Shown here piece by piece: positions 47,487 through 57,427 of a DNA stretch of 64,000 bases; within the stretch, counting starts at the first letter, position 1; every line of letters begins with the position of its first letter. The notes under the pieces are model-generated. The model was not told the DNA's origin. It saw nothing but the letters and a program-made list of their open reading frames with translations, and did no database searches. The stretch is from Candidatus Omnitrophota bacterium (GTDB lineage: Bacteria > Omnitrophota > Gorgyraeia > Duberdicusellales > 4484-171): the NCBI GenBank assembly GCA_037146775.1, contig JBAWWL010000005.1, positions 102,241 through 166,240 on the forward strand, read 5' to 3'. The position numbers and the translations under genes were made by a program.

Positions 47487-49652
47487 ATGGAAGCGAAAGT
47501 AATATCTTTTTTTAGTACCAAGGGAGGCGTCGGTAAAACACTTGTTTCGTTAAACGTTGCCGTTCAGCTTGCCATACAGAACAAGCGTGTTTTCCTTTTG
47601 GACCTTGATTTGGGCGCACCTCAGGCCACATCGAAATTGATCGGTGTTGACAGCAAATACTGCCTTTTTAACCTCATCGACTATCTCAAAGAATTCAAAG
47701 AGAAAAAAAGAAAAGTAGATAATTATGCGGTAACGTATCAGAATATAATGTTTTTGCCTTCCATTTTTAAAATGTCTCAAAGAACAGCTTTTACTCCCCA
47801 GGTAGTAAAAGATTTTATCTCGGTTATCTGGGACGATTTCGATTACATCATCATCGATGCGGGCAGTAATCTTACCGATAACCTTATCGCGGCACTGGAA
47901 TGCTCAAACCTTATCAGCTTGATTCTTACCCCGGATATTCTGGCGGTATATCAGACACAGTGGCTTATGGACACGTTACAGAGCTTAGGGTTTCCGCTCA
48001 CCATGATTAAGGTGGTGCTGAACCGTGCCGAAAGCAAAGGCTCTATTACCTGGCAGGAGGTAAAGGCATTGCTCCCGGCTGAGACTATAGCTCTCATCCC
48101 TTCGGAAGGCAGGGCTGCCGGCCTTGCCGTTAACCGCGGAGTGCCGCTGGTACTTGATAGCCCGCAGTGCCGGTTTACTCTCGCTATTCAAAAGCTATCC
48201 AAGGATATTGTCGAACGAAAAGACATGTATATCAGCCACAAAAGCCTTTCCGACGTGCGTCTGGCCAAAGAAAAATTTGAGGGAGGAGAAGAGGCTTTCT
48301 GGCAGCGCGTAGGAGTTATAGAACGCGAAGAGAAAGTGGCGTTGATTGAGGAAGAGGATGAAATTATCCGCTTCAAGAAACAAGTCCACGAAAGGCTTAT
48401 CGAAGAGCTTGATTTGAAACGTCTTCATATTGAAACGTACGCCACGAGTCCTCAGAAAATGAATGAGCTAAGAGCCAAAGCGGAAAAGGTGATTTCTAAT
48501 GTTATCAGCAAGGAAGCGGGTGGTTTTATTTCTGCCACCGAGGTACGCAGGCAAATTACCAAGGATATTCTGGAAGAAGCTCTTGGTTTGGGCCCACTCG
48601 AGGACCTTTTGCGTGATCCTACGATAACCGAAGTAATGGTAAACAATAAAGACCAGATCTACATTGAACGCTTTGGTAAGTTAGAGGTAACCAGCAAAAA
48701 ATTTACCACCAACGAACAAGTGAGGATTGTTGTTGAGCGTATCTTGGCGCCGCTGGGCAGACGTATTGACGAGTCGGTTCCTTACGTGGATGCCCGTCTT
48801 CCCGACGGCTCCCGTGTAAACGCAATTATTCCGCCCCTTTCTCTTACTGGCCCCACTCTGACCATAAGAAAATTTGCCAAACAGCGCTGGGGTATGGAGG
48901 ATTTGATAAACCGTTTCGGAAGCCTTACCCATGATATGGCGCTTTTTCTTGAAGCTGCGGTAAGGTCGCGTAAAAATTCGCTTGTTTCCGGAGGCACCGG
49001 TTCGGGGAAAACTACGTTTTTGAATATCTTGTCTGCCTATATTCCCGACAGTGAACGTATTATTTCTATAGAAGATGCGGCTGAATTGAAATTGCGCCAG
49101 GCTCACTGGATTCGTTTGGAATCCCGTCCGCCCAACATCGAGGGCAGAGGCGAAATTACTATCAGAGATTTATTCAGGAATACGTTGCGTATGAGACCGG
49201 ACAGGATCATCGTCGGTGAAGTGCGAGGCAGGGAAGTGTTGGACATGCTTCAGGCAATGAACACCGGCCATGACGGCAGTATGTCTACTATTCACGCCAA
49301 TTCCACACATGACGTTTTAATCAGGCTTGATAGTATGATTTTGATGAGCGGCGTAGAGTTACCGCTGCGTGCTATTAGAGAACAGGTTTCTTCGGCGATT
49401 AACTTAGTGGTTCATACCGCCCGTCTTTCCGATGGTTCGCGTAAAGTAATAGCTATCACTGAAATCATTGGCATGCTTGATGAGACGCATATTAATATGC
49501 AGGACATATTTGTGTATCGCCAGACCGGTGTAGATAAAGATGGCAATGTTCAGGGGTATTACACACCGCTTGGTTATATTCCCACTTTTTACGATGAAAT
49601 CAGGGCCAGAGGTATTGATTTATCCAGGGAAATATTCGTTCCTAAGGATTAA
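47487..49652 (+). CDS. Fusion of TadZ/CpaE-like ParA/MinD ATPase domain and TadA/CpaF secretion ATPase
   Basis: The N-terminal '[22 protein letters not shown]' is a deviant Walker A within a MinD-like domain (approximately 260 aa). The C-terminal approximately 400 aa is CpaF-like ('[13 protein letters not shown]', '[12 protein letters not shown]', His box '[12 protein letters not shown]'). Confidence 0.8.
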   Translation: MEAKVISFFSTKGGVGKTLVSLNVAVQLAIQNKRVFLLDLDLGAPQATSKLIGVDSKYCLFNLIDYLKEFKEKKRKVDNYAVTYQNIMFLPSIFKMSQRTAFTPQVVKDFISVIWDDFDYIIIDAGSNLTDNLIAALECSNLISLILTPDILAVYQTQWLMDTLQSLGFPLTMIKVVLNRAESKGSITWQEVKALLPAETIALIPSEGRAAGLAVNRGVPLVLDSPQCRFTLAIQKLSKDIVERKDMYISHKSLSDVRLAKEKFEGGEEAFWQRVGVIEREEKVALIEEEDEIIRFKKQVHERLIEELDLKRLHIETYATSPQKMNELRAKAEKVISNVISKEAGGFISATEVRRQITKDILEEALGLGPLEDLLRDPTITEVMVNNKDQIYIERFGKLEVTSKKFTTNEQVRIVVERILAPLGRRIDESVPYVDARLPDGSRVNAIIPPLSLTGPTLTIRKFAKQRWGMEDLINRFGSLTHDMALFLEAAVRSRKNSLVSGGTGSGKTTFLNILSAYIPDSERIISIEDAAELKLRQAHWIRLESRPPNIEGRGEITIRDLFRNTLRMRPDRIIVGEVRGREVLDMLQAMNTGHDGSMSTIHANSTHDVLIRLDSMILMSGVELPLRAIREQVSSAINLVVHTARLSDGSRKVIAITEIIGMLDETHINMQDIFVYRQTGVDKDGNVQGYYTPLGYIPTFYDEIRARGIDLSREIFVPKD

Positions 49653-49670
49653 CTTGTTGTTTGTCTTATT

Positions 49671-50744
49671 ATGGCACACGGTATAGAAAAGATCCAAAAA
49701 CTGCTGCAAGACCCGAAGATTACCGAAATAATGATTAACGGGTCGCGGGATACCTTCATTGAAATGGGAGGGTTAAAGAATCGCCTCCCAGATTGTATTT
49801 TCACCGAGGAAGACATCAAAGAGATAATTGACGAGTATTTTAATAAAGTAGGTAAACCCGTCAACTACTACAATCCTTTCGGCGACGTATGCATCGAAGA
49901 TGGTTCGCGTTTTAATATTATTACCTACCCGCTTGCCCGCTGCGGCACCTCATTAACTGTTAGAAAATTTAACCGTGAGCTCCACAGCCTGGATGATTTG
50001 ATAAAAGAAGGGACTCTCACCCGCAGGATGGCCGATTTTTTAATCGCTTGCATCCATGGCAGAATCAATGTTTTATTTTCCGGCGCTACCGGAAGCGGTA
50101 AAACCACGACCATGGAAATGCTTTCTTACCATATTCCCGAACAGGAACGTATTGTTACCATTGAAGACACCGCGGAACTTCAGCTGCATCATCCCAATTT
50201 AGTACCCATGGAAACACGTTCTCCCGACCAGGATGGAAAAGGAGAAGTGACTTTGCGCGATCTGATACGTAACGCTTTACGTATGAGGCCGGACAGGATT
50301 ATCGTCGGTGAGGTGCGAGGTCCTGAGGCGTTGGATATGATTCAGGCAATGTCTACGGGCCATCGCGGAACGCTTGGAGTCATTCACGGTAACTCTCCGC
50401 AAGAAATAACCAGCCGTCTTGAAACGCTCATTCTTTCTTCCGGTATACGCTTGCCGCAGGAAGAGATACGCAGGATGATCGGTAACACCCTTAATGTGAT
50501 TATTCAGCAGGAGCGGTTTCCTGACGGAGTAAGGCGTATTACTCATATTTCAGAGGCGCGTGGGGTTGAACGCGGAGAAGTAGCGTTGCAGGATTTATTT
50601 ATCTTTCGCCGTGAAGGTAAAACCCCTGACGGTAAAATCAAAGGTAAATTTAAGACCGTCATGAGAATGTATCCCCGCTTTTTTGCCGATTTCCAAAGGT
50701 TAAAACTGATGGATGAAACGATATTCGGCGAAGATTCTAATTAA
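49671..50744 (+). CDS. Second TadA/CpaF-type secretion ATPase (short form)
   Basis: '[14 protein letters not shown]', '[12 protein letters not shown]', '[12 protein letters not shown]'. It lacks the long N-terminal extension. Confidence 0.85.
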   Translation: MAHGIEKIQKLLQDPKITEIMINGSRDTFIEMGGLKNRLPDCIFTEEDIKEIIDEYFNKVGKPVNYYNPFGDVCIEDGSRFNIITYPLARCGTSLTVRKFNRELHSLDDLIKEGTLTRRMADFLIACIHGRINVLFSGATGSGKTTTMEMLSYHIPEQERIVTIEDTAELQLHHPNLVPMETRSPDQDGKGEVTLRDLIRNALRMRPDRIIVGEVRGPEALDMIQAMSTGHRGTLGVIHGNSPQEITSRLETLILSSGIRLPQEEIRRMIGNTLNVIIQQERFPDGVRRITHISEARGVERGEVALQDLFIFRREGKTPDGKIKGKFKTVMRMYPRFFADFQRLKLMDETIFGEDSN

Positions 50745-50821
50745 ACCCCGTCTTTCTGCGCATTCTCCTTAACCATTTCTAATATTGTGAGTTTAAGTTA
50801 TAATAAGGCTGGTAGCTTTAC

Positions 50822-52273
50822 GTGACGGCTGCAAAGTGCGGGTTAGAAAAAAATATGCGCGCAAAAATCGACGCTCGTTTAAAAAATCTAGTAGTACGTC
50901 TGGCAAAAAGCAATAAAGGTTTGGGGGTGCGTTTATTGGCCAAACTTATCAAAGAGAAACACGGGATTGCTCTTTCTAAAAGCGCCGTACAGAATATTTT
51001 TAAGCAAGGGCATATAAAGCAATCAAGGGGGAGGAAAACTTATCTTTCGCGCTATCAACGCAAAGATATTGTTCCCTGCGGATTTTTGCTGCTTAAAGCC
51101 ATAGATTCTCAAGTCGGGCTCTTTGATTTACTTACGGACCAACTACGAATGTATTTTGCGCGCATGCAGCCGGCATTATTGAAAAAAATCATTATGCTGG
51201 TTACTTTTTCTTCCTATCAAGGCCTCACCACCAAAGTGTCCGCACGGGAACCCGGTTTCTTACGTATCACAGATCTACGCTCTTACCCTGCCAGAAAAGT
51301 TAAGTTTTTTCTCTCGCGCATCGCCGACTACAAGCCCTTAGTGACTGTTGAAAAAATAAAGCCTCTGCTTGAGCCTGTTTCGACAGTAAAATTCTACTTT
51401 GGTAATAACACCGTAGGTTATACCGACGCTAATTTTTCTACTATTTGGGACAGCCCTTGCCGTATTAGCCATTTTTTTCAACCCTATTATTATGTGCTTT
51501 CGAGGCTTTCGGCTATGCTTCGAGACCAGACACTCATTCTTTATTATACGCAAAGTTTTAATTATCTTTCGCCTTTAGTGGTAAGTTTTATCGATGGTTT
51601 AGCTACGGGCATTACCAAGGTAGAATTGCTTGGCCCCAGTGGTGCAGTTATACACCAAGAAAACCATGCTATCCCTAAGCTTTCTTTCTTGATCGGCTAT
51701 TATCCCAAGATAATCGCAAAAGGAATGACCTTTTTAGAGAAAGAGCAGCATTTTAAAAAAGTGGAGGGCTTTTGGCAAGATTTGTCTTACGCGTATATTC
51801 TTACCCGATTTTCGCAGCCCAAAGGGAACAAAGGAATCATCACAAACAGTATTCTGGTAAAAACCATAAAGAAATCTCTTCCTTCCTGGGCTGTGCTTAC
51901 CGATAAAAGGACTAATATCGCCGCACTACTGAAACGTTATTTGTTACTCTGGCCGTATCGGGAAAAGACGTTTCTTGAAGATATGAAAATTATCGAGCGC
52001 TCTTACGTTTTTGAGGAAAGTAAGAAAGATACTCAGTTGCCTGCCCTCACAAGCCTCACCCTAGAGAAAGAATCGGATTTTCTCCATATTGCCGAACTAT
52101 TAGCCGCTCTTTTTAGCGCGCGTGTAGCCCAAGCAAAGTTTAAAGAATTGTCGGGCGAATATGTAACAGGTAAGGAATCCTGCCGGTTGGTTATCACCAG
52201 CCCCCCGGCGTTTAAGGAAAAATTTAACATGAATTGTTTCTTTCTTGGTGGTAAACGCGTTATTTTGCTCTAA
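50822..52273 (+). CDS. Hypothetical soluble protein embedded in the Tad locus (N-terminal HTH-like segment)
   Basis: 483 aa with no TM helices and no recognised domain. The N-terminal 'LGVRLLAKLIKEKHGIALSKSAVQNIF' looks HTH-like. A start at ATG 50855 is also possible. Confidence 0.4.
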   Translation: MTAAKCGLEKNMRAKIDARLKNLVVRLAKSNKGLGVRLLAKLIKEKHGIALSKSAVQNIFKQGHIKQSRGRKTYLSRYQRKDIVPCGFLLLKAIDSQVGLFDLLTDQLRMYFARMQPALLKKIIMLVTFSSYQGLTTKVSAREPGFLRITDLRSYPARKVKFFLSRIADYKPLVTVEKIKPLLEPVSTVKFYFGNNTVGYTDANFSTIWDSPCRISHFFQPYYYVLSRLSAMLRDQTLILYYTQSFNYLSPLVVSFIDGLATGITKVELLGPSGAVIHQENHAIPKLSFLIGYYPKIIAKGMTFLEKEQHFKKVEGFWQDLSYAYILTRFSQPKGNKGIITNSILVKTIKKSLPSWAVLTDKRTNIAALLKRYLLLWPYREKTFLEDMKIIERSYVFEESKKDTQLPALTSLTLEKESDFLHIAELLAALFSARVAQAKFKELSGEYVTGKESCRLVITSPPAFKEKFNMNCFFLGGKRVILL

Positions 52274-52606
52274 GTCTGCCTTGTCCTCTCCAGGGGTACT
52301 GCCTCTTGGAAGTATTTTTCACTGCTTTCCGCGCAGCAATTATTTTAGATTTTACCAGAAATACCGTAAAATTTACCCAAAAAAGAGTATCCATTCCGTA
52401 TTCCAAAAACCCCCACGATTTCCCGATCTTACGAGAGATTAATTTTTTGATAGAAGAATAGACGATTATATTCACTATAAACGATTTCAAAAATATCCTT
52501 TCTCATTCTTAGACTATCTTTCTGCGTATTGGGAAAATAGCCAAATTCGGCAATACCAGATTGAATTTTTTAAAAAGTAAACGCTTCCAAAAATTGCTTA
52601 TCCTAC

Positions 52607-52643
52607 CTTGATTTACGCGTAAAAAATATGGTATACTTAGTTG
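52607..52643 (+). promoter_or_regulatory. Putative sigma70 promoter for the pilin array
   Basis: 'cTTGATTtacgcgtaaaaaatatggTATACTtag' is a -35-like element, an approximately 18-nt spacer and a -10 TATACT. Confidence 0.4.
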
Positions 52644-52788
52644 TGAATTAGGAGGCGACGAAAAGGCAATTCCCGGTGTAAGCCGGGATGCGCAAAGCCA
52701 CGGGTCCCGAACGTTTGCAGGTTGTAGGTAATAAGTATTAATTTAAGTGTCTATACTTATCACCTACATATTAATGAAGGAAAGGGAT

Positions 52789-52840
52789 AGCCGAGCTGCC
52801 GAACGTCTCGAAAGAGCGGCAGTTCGGCTATTTTTATTTT
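52789..52840 (+). promoter_or_regulatory. Strong hairpin + U-run in the pilin leader (attenuator/terminator-like), directly before the first pilin RBS
   Basis: 'agccgagctgccgaacgtctcgaaagagcggcagttcggct' is a 13-bp stem, followed by 'atttttatttt' and then 'aggagg'. Confidence 0.4.
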
Positions 52841-52854
52841 AGGAGGCCAAAAAG

Positions 52855-53160
52855 ATGAAAACAAAAAAGATATCGGCGCAGTCAGTCATTGAATATATTT
52901 GCGTAACCATGGTGTTTGCTGCCGTGGGTATAGGAACTTTTGTTGCGGCAAACCATGCGGCAGTAGCGAATCTGCGCGGTCATGGCACCAACTATCAGTC
53001 TCAGACTAACCTTATGGGTCAAACCACCTATGCCGGTATCGACAAAGAACAATACAACTGGCCTTCTACTTGGGATCAGGCATATCCGGGAACAAGCAGC
53101 AAGCAGGTTCGCCAATTTGTGGATAATCCGGAACAAACTTCAGGACAAGGAGGAGAGTAA
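52855..53160 (+). CDS. Flp/Fap-family type IVb prepilin-like protein 1
   Basis: 'MKTKKISA|QSVIEYICVTMVFAAVGIG' has a class III signal-peptide motif (A|QSxxEY) plus a hydrophobic helix. Confidence 0.7.
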   Translation: MKTKKISAQSVIEYICVTMVFAAVGIGTFVAANHAAVANLRGHGTNYQSQTNLMGQTTYAGIDKEQYNWPSTWDQAYPGTSSKQVRQFVDNPEQTSGQGGE

Positions 53161-53339
53161 TGTTAGCCCATATCAGAAAATCAAAGGCGCAGAGTATTCT
53201 TGAATACGTGTCGTTAACGCTTATTGTATGGGGAGCGTTGTCGGCAATGACATTTTATATTCAGCGGGCGATGGAAGTAAGGACCCGGCATCTTAACCAG
53301 GAATTAAACGAGAATGCCAGAGGAAATGGGATGATTTAA
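53160..53339 (+). CDS. Flp-like prepilin 2 (59 aa, below ORF-track cutoff)
   Basis: ATG overlaps the previous stop (taATG). 'MLAHIRKSKA|QSILEYVSLTLIVWGAL'. Confidence 0.6.
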   Translation: MLAHIRKSKAQSILEYVSLTLIVWGALSAMTFYIQRAMEVRTRHLNQELNENARGNGMI

Positions 53340-53353
53340 AAGGAGCGAGAAAC

Positions 53354-53800
53354 ATGAAGCAACATAACCATAAAATCATGGCTCGAGGGCAAAGCATAAC
53401 AGAGTATTTGATCGTGTTAGCAGCTATTATCGGCGCTATTGTGGCCAGCACTATCGGCATACGTTATGGGGTAAACAGAGGTATGAAGACCGTTAATGAA
53501 AAATTTGAAAAAGGCATTGCTACCAGCAGCGTTCCGGGAAAGCAAAAGGCATATTTACAAACGGAAGAGTCTTACGATGATTCAAGACAGCATAAAACTG
53601 ACCCGGCATGGGAAAACACCGATCAGCCAGGAGGCCCTCAGTATACTGGTGGCTATGAATATGAGGAGTGGGTGCGTAATAATCCCGACAGCGCTTACAA
53701 TGCGCCGGAAGATGGGAAAACATTATATGATACCGGCGTTAAACCGTATCCGGCAAAAAATTATTGGGTAGGCAATGTCAGGGGGCAGAAAGGTAAGTAG
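53354..53800 (+). CDS. Flp-like prepilin 3 with extended C-terminal domain
   Basis: 'MARG|QSITEYLIVLAAIIGAIVA'. 148 aa. Confidence 0.7.
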   Translation: MKQHNHKIMARGQSITEYLIVLAAIIGAIVASTIGIRYGVNRGMKTVNEKFEKGIATSSVPGKQKAYLQTEESYDDSRQHKTDPAWENTDQPGGPQYTGGYEYEEWVRNNPDSAYNAPEDGKTLYDTGVKPYPAKNYWVGNVRGQKGK

Positions 53801-53808
53801 GCGTTTTT

Positions 53809-53973
53809 ATGTATAGAAAAACAAAAGCACAGAGTTTTATCGATTATGCAGCGTTAATTGCGATTATTGTGGTATCGCTGCTAGCCATGTCCGGCTATGT
53901 TATGCGGTCAATTAACGCGAGGGTTGCCCACATGTGGGCGGATTTATATCATCCACAAAACGGAGTAAGGTAG
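53809..53973 (+). CDS. Flp-like prepilin 4 (54 aa, below ORF-track cutoff)
   Basis: 'MYRKTKA|QSFIDYAALIAIIVVSLLAM', identified by manual translation. Confidence 0.6.
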   Translation: MYRKTKAQSFIDYAALIAIIVVSLLAMSGYVMRSINARVAHMWADLYHPQNGVR

Positions 53974-53989
53974 GAGGAGGTGAGTTGTA

Positions 53990-54172
53990 ATGGTTAAGAA
54001 GGCGCAGAGTATTCTCGAGTACGTCATCGTTCTTTCAGCTATCGTAGCAGCAGTTATCGCAATGGCAAGAGGTCCGGTAACGCAGGCGGTAAACAAAATG
54101 TTTACTGATTCATCTAACGTGATCCAGGAGAAGTCGGGCATTTTTTATCAGCAGTCAGCCGGTGGTAAGTAA
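53990..54172 (+). CDS. Flp-like prepilin 5
   Basis: 'MVKKA|QSILEYVIVLSAIVAAVIA'. Confidence 0.7.
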   Translation: MVKKAQSILEYVIVLSAIVAAVIAMARGPVTQAVNKMFTDSSNVIQEKSGIFYQQSAGGK

Positions 54173-54201
54173 GGGGTATTATTCTTGAAGGAGGTGTGAA
54201 A

Positions 54202-54516
54202 ATGTTAACCAGACGTAAAAAGGGACAATCAGTAGCGGAATACGCGATCTTAATTTCTCTTTGCGTTGCCGCATTTATGGGGATACAGAACGAAGTACGC
54301 AGAGCTATTCAGGCTCGCGTTCACGACGCGGCAGTAGAACTAACGCAAGGCGGCACATGGCAATATGAGCCTTCTGCAGGCGTTAAGACGACCACGAACC
54401 AGAAGTCAGAGCGTATTAAAGATGAAAACTGGATTGATAAGGGTGACGTGGATTCAGTGTATCAGAAAGTTGCAGATACCAACAGCGCTGATTACAAATC
54501 CGACGAAACGAAATAA
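54202..54516 (+). CDS. Flp-like prepilin 6
   Basis: 'MLTRRKKG|QSVAEYAILISLCVAAF'. RBS 'gaaggagg' is 7 nt upstream of ATG 54202. Confidence 0.7.
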   Translation: MLTRRKKGQSVAEYAILISLCVAAFMGIQNEVRRAIQARVHDAAVELTQGGTWQYEPSAGVKTTTNQKSERIKDENWIDKGDVDSVYQKVADTNSADYKSDETK

Positions 54517-54567
54517 GGACGCTTATTATTTTATTTTATTACGCACATAACTTAAGGAGGTGCGAAC

Positions 54568-54921
54568 GTGTTAACCAGATGTAGAAAAGCACAAAGTACT
54601 CTTGAATATGCCCTTCTCATCGGAGTGGTGGTAGGAGTGCTGTTGACCATGCAGAACTACTTAAAAAGAAGTATGCAGGGTAAATTACAGGCTACCGCTG
54701 ATGAAATGGGCGAACACTATTCTCCTGGCGATACGAAACGTCACGAACGTCTCTATTCGTCAATCGACAGCGTGACTGAAACGTCGATTTATGGAAAAGC
54801 ATCCGATACTTCCGGTGAAGTCGGAAGAACCCGCACCGTTATTAAGGGCGGAAAACAAGAGCAGGCGGCCACCAGAGAAAACCGCGGTCTTGACAGAGAA
54901 AGATGGGAGCACAAGAAATAA
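54568..54921 (+). CDS. Flp-like prepilin 7 (GTG start)
   Basis: 'MLTRCRKA|QSTLEYALLIGVVVGVLL'. RBS 'aaggagg' precedes it. Confidence 0.65.
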   Translation: MLTRCRKAQSTLEYALLIGVVVGVLLTMQNYLKRSMQGKLQATADEMGEHYSPGDTKRHERLYSSIDSVTETSIYGKASDTSGEVGRTRTVIKGGKQEQAATRENRGLDRERWEHKK

Positions 54922-55001
54922 ATTCCGCCGGGCTTACGCATCGTTGGTGTCAAGTATGGGCAGGGGTGTAAAGTAGTTGTAGTAAACTGAAAGGATGAAT
55001 A

Positions 55002-55328
55002 ATGTTAATGAAACGTAAAGCAGTGACTGTATTGCAGTACAGTTTCCTTATCGCAGTAACGGTGGGAGTATTGCTTACCATGCAAAATTACATAAAACGC
55101 AGTATGCAAGGGCAATTGCAGACTTATAGCGATTCCATGGGTGAGCAATACTCCCGGGGACTGACGAATATACACGACCATTATTCATCCACAGCGAAAA
55201 CCACAGAATGGAAGCTACCCACATTCAATATACGCGGTAATGGCGGCGACTGTACGCATACTCAGGGAACATATACGGCCACCTCGGAACGAGAGCTTTT
55301 ACCTCTTGATGCGGAGCGCTGGAATTAA
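55002..55328 (+). CDS. Flp-like prepilin 8 (variant motif)
   Basis: 'MLMKRKA|VTVLQYSFLIAVTVGVLL', with Q in place of the E+5 residue. Its paralogy to prepilin 7 is evident ('LTMQNYIKRSMQG'). Confidence 0.6.
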   Translation: MLMKRKAVTVLQYSFLIAVTVGVLLTMQNYIKRSMQGQLQTYSDSMGEQYSRGLTNIHDHYSSTAKTTEWKLPTFNIRGNGGDCTHTQGTYTATSERELLPLDAERWN

Positions 55329-55357
55329 CAAACCGTTTTAAGAGCAGCTATAAAAAC

Positions 55358-56035
55358 ATGAATGTAACCAATAAAAGAACAGATTGTTACCGATACGGTT
55401 ATAAAAAGGCACAGTCTTTTCTGATGTACGCCTGTTTAATTGGCATAGTTATCGGAGTACTGTTGACCATGCAGCGTTATATCGGCAGAAGCATGCAAGG
55501 GCTTCTGAAGCAGAATCTAGATAATATGGGCGGTGAAAAAGTGTCCGGTAAACAATATAGTCCTGGACGCTGGTTTGGTTCAAAGAGTTTAGTGCGGGTT
55601 AATACCAGTGGTTTTGACTACGAAGGCAGACATGGTTTTGGTGTGAATATTGCGAACAGCCAGCGTAGCGAATCCGTCCGTATCACCGATACAATTAACC
55701 CCGGAGACCTTCCCCCGGTAAATTTAGATACTAAAAGCGTGCTTGACGGAGAGGATAAGCGGTTGATCCAAGATACGTATGGTTCTGATTTTGATCCGGG
55801 TATAAATAAAGTGGAAAATAATGTGAATGGTGGCGTCCGTGACTGGGAGTATGTGTCGGAGAAAGCGCCGGATAGTGTTGGCGCCAATGCCGACGAGAAT
55901 TTCGATCAGAGAACAAAAAACACCTTTGGCGAACATATTCCTGAGTCCTCTACCGCGGGCGCGGTGGGCGAAAGCAAGGGGCCTAACTACGAAGGAGAAG
56001 CCGGAACCAATTTACCAGAAAATAAGGCACAATGA
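55358..56035 (+). CDS. Flp-like prepilin 9 with large C-terminal domain (225 aa)
   Basis: 'YKKA|QSFLMYACLIGIVIGVLLTMQRYIGRSMQG'. Confidence 0.6.
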   Translation: MNVTNKRTDCYRYGYKKAQSFLMYACLIGIVIGVLLTMQRYIGRSMQGLLKQNLDNMGGEKVSGKQYSPGRWFGSKSLVRVNTSGFDYEGRHGFGVNIANSQRSESVRITDTINPGDLPPVNLDTKSVLDGEDKRLIQDTYGSDFDPGINKVENNVNGGVRDWEYVSEKAPDSVGANADENFDQRTKNTFGEHIPESSTAGAVGESKGPNYEGEAGTNLPENKAQ

Positions 56036-56427
56036 GAAAAGCAAACGCTATTATTGAATATACATTTATTATTGCTATAGTAATTAGTGCTCTTGCGGGC
56101 ATGAATGCGTATTTAAAACGCGTAGTGCAGGCGCACATTAAAAGAGAAACCGATGAGCACTTATATATGCCTTCATCTTTCTTATGGCAAAGTTCAGTTA
56201 CTTTTCGCAGGCAAGAAACCGAGCATGACCGCCGTGAATATGCTCACGGCGATACAGTGGTCAATGTAACCAGTCGCAGTCCGTCGGTGAGTTTGCATGC
56301 GCCTTCTCCGCCCGGGGTTCCGGTGGCGGGTATACATGCGCAGGATGCAGCGTCAGCGCCTCCTGGCCAGAGTAACCCAAGTAATCCGACGAGCGATGAG
56401 CAAACCGAAGTGCCAGCGGCAGATTAA
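56032..56427 (+). CDS. Flp-like prepilin 10
   Basis: 'MRKA|NAIIEYTFIIAIVISALAG'. Start overlaps the previous stop (ATGA). Confidence 0.65.
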   Translation: MRKANAIIEYTFIIAIVISALAGMNAYLKRVVQAHIKRETDEHLYMPSSFLWQSSVTFRRQETEHDRREYAHGDTVVNVTSRSPSVSLHAPSPPGVPVAGIHAQDAASAPPGQSNPSNPTSDEQTEVPAAD

Positions 56428-57032
56428 TGTATTTTATGAAGACCATGAAAAAATTATTTAGCAAAAAAGCCCAGGCAATGGTAGAGTTGGCAATCCTGGG
56501 GCCCCTGCTTTTAATGGCGGTTGGCCTGGTGGTTACCTATGTAGCCAAGATGAATAATGACCAGTGGGTATTGATGGAGGCATTTCGCCGGGCACTCGCC
56601 CATTCTCATGACGAAAACAAAAATGTTGGCTACGGCACCTATGATGACCGCAGAATGGCTTCAGTGCAGGAGCCGATTCTCGGCCAAAAAACTCCTTCAA
56701 GCGGCTCTGCTTGTGTGGTGTGGTCAATTCCCTCGGTAGACGGAGATGGCCAGGACCCTCAAAGTACCACTATTGTAAAAGTAAACGGTGGCATCTGGGC
56801 GATTCCTGGTTATAATGAATATGATCTTGGGCCAGGCGCCGGCGGCGGCGTAGAACCCCTTTATTTAACTGCCAAAGGTTCGAATCTTACTGTTAAAACC
56901 GAAGACGGGGTGACTACCTCAACCCGTTCTGGCGGAGTGGGCGAGTTCATGTTATATAAAATCAATAAAAAGAATCATCCGCAGGGCCGTGGTAGCGGAG
57001 ATTCACGTACCTTTACCGGCCATGCTGACTAG
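56427..57032 (+). CDS. TadE-like pseudopilin
   Basis: 'KKAQAMVELAILGPLLLMAVGLVV' resembles the TadE N-terminal motif (G/A-x-VEFALV-P). Alternative starts at 56436 and 56445. Confidence 0.6.
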   Translation: MYFMKTMKKLFSKKAQAMVELAILGPLLLMAVGLVVTYVAKMNNDQWVLMEAFRRALAHSHDENKNVGYGTYDDRRMASVQEPILGQKTPSSGSACVVWSIPSVDGDGQDPQSTTIVKVNGGIWAIPGYNEYDLGPGAGGGVEPLYLTAKGSNLTVKTEDGVTTSTRSGGVGEFMLYKINKKNHPQGRGSGDSRTFTGHAD

Positions 57033-57081
57033 CGGGTAATATAAACTGTTGTTGTTTTATGGAGACTTAAGGAGGAGACGG

Positions 57082-57342
57082 ATGCGAACGAGAAAAGCCC
57101 AAAGCATATTAGAATCAGTGCTTGCCTATGTTGCCGGAACCGCGCTTTTAGGTGCGGCTATGGGTATTTTTGCCTGGGGCATAGCACATATTCCGATTAG
57201 ACAGGTTACTTATGAGGCAACGCGCATTATTGCCGGAACTCCGCGTTGTCGTATGGTGGATAAAGACGGCGCAAAAAAAACAGGTATCGGCAGTATGCCG
57301 GTTTGGCCGACTTATTTTGTCGGCGGCGGAGTTACGCCATAA
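57082..57342 (+). CDS. Flp-like prepilin 11 (variant)
   Basis: 'MRTRKA|QSILESVLAYVAGTALLGAAMGIFA'. RBS 'aaggagga' precedes ATG 57082. Confidence 0.55.
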   Translation: MRTRKAQSILESVLAYVAGTALLGAAMGIFAWGIAHIPIRQVTYEATRIIAGTPRCRMVDKDGAKKTGIGSMPVWPTYFVGGGVTP

Positions 57343-57427
57343 TAAGTGCTATGATAATGTTAAAAGTTTTATGAAAGACTATGGATAAAAGTATTGAATT
57401 TAAAGGGATATTGTCACCGGAGGAGGG

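Noticed and set aside
50822-52273. Transposase or mobile element interpretation of the HTH-containing 483-aa ORF
   Set aside because: No DDE/DEDD or recombinase motifs were seen, and there are no flanking inverted repeats or target-site duplications. It is left as an unknown locus component.
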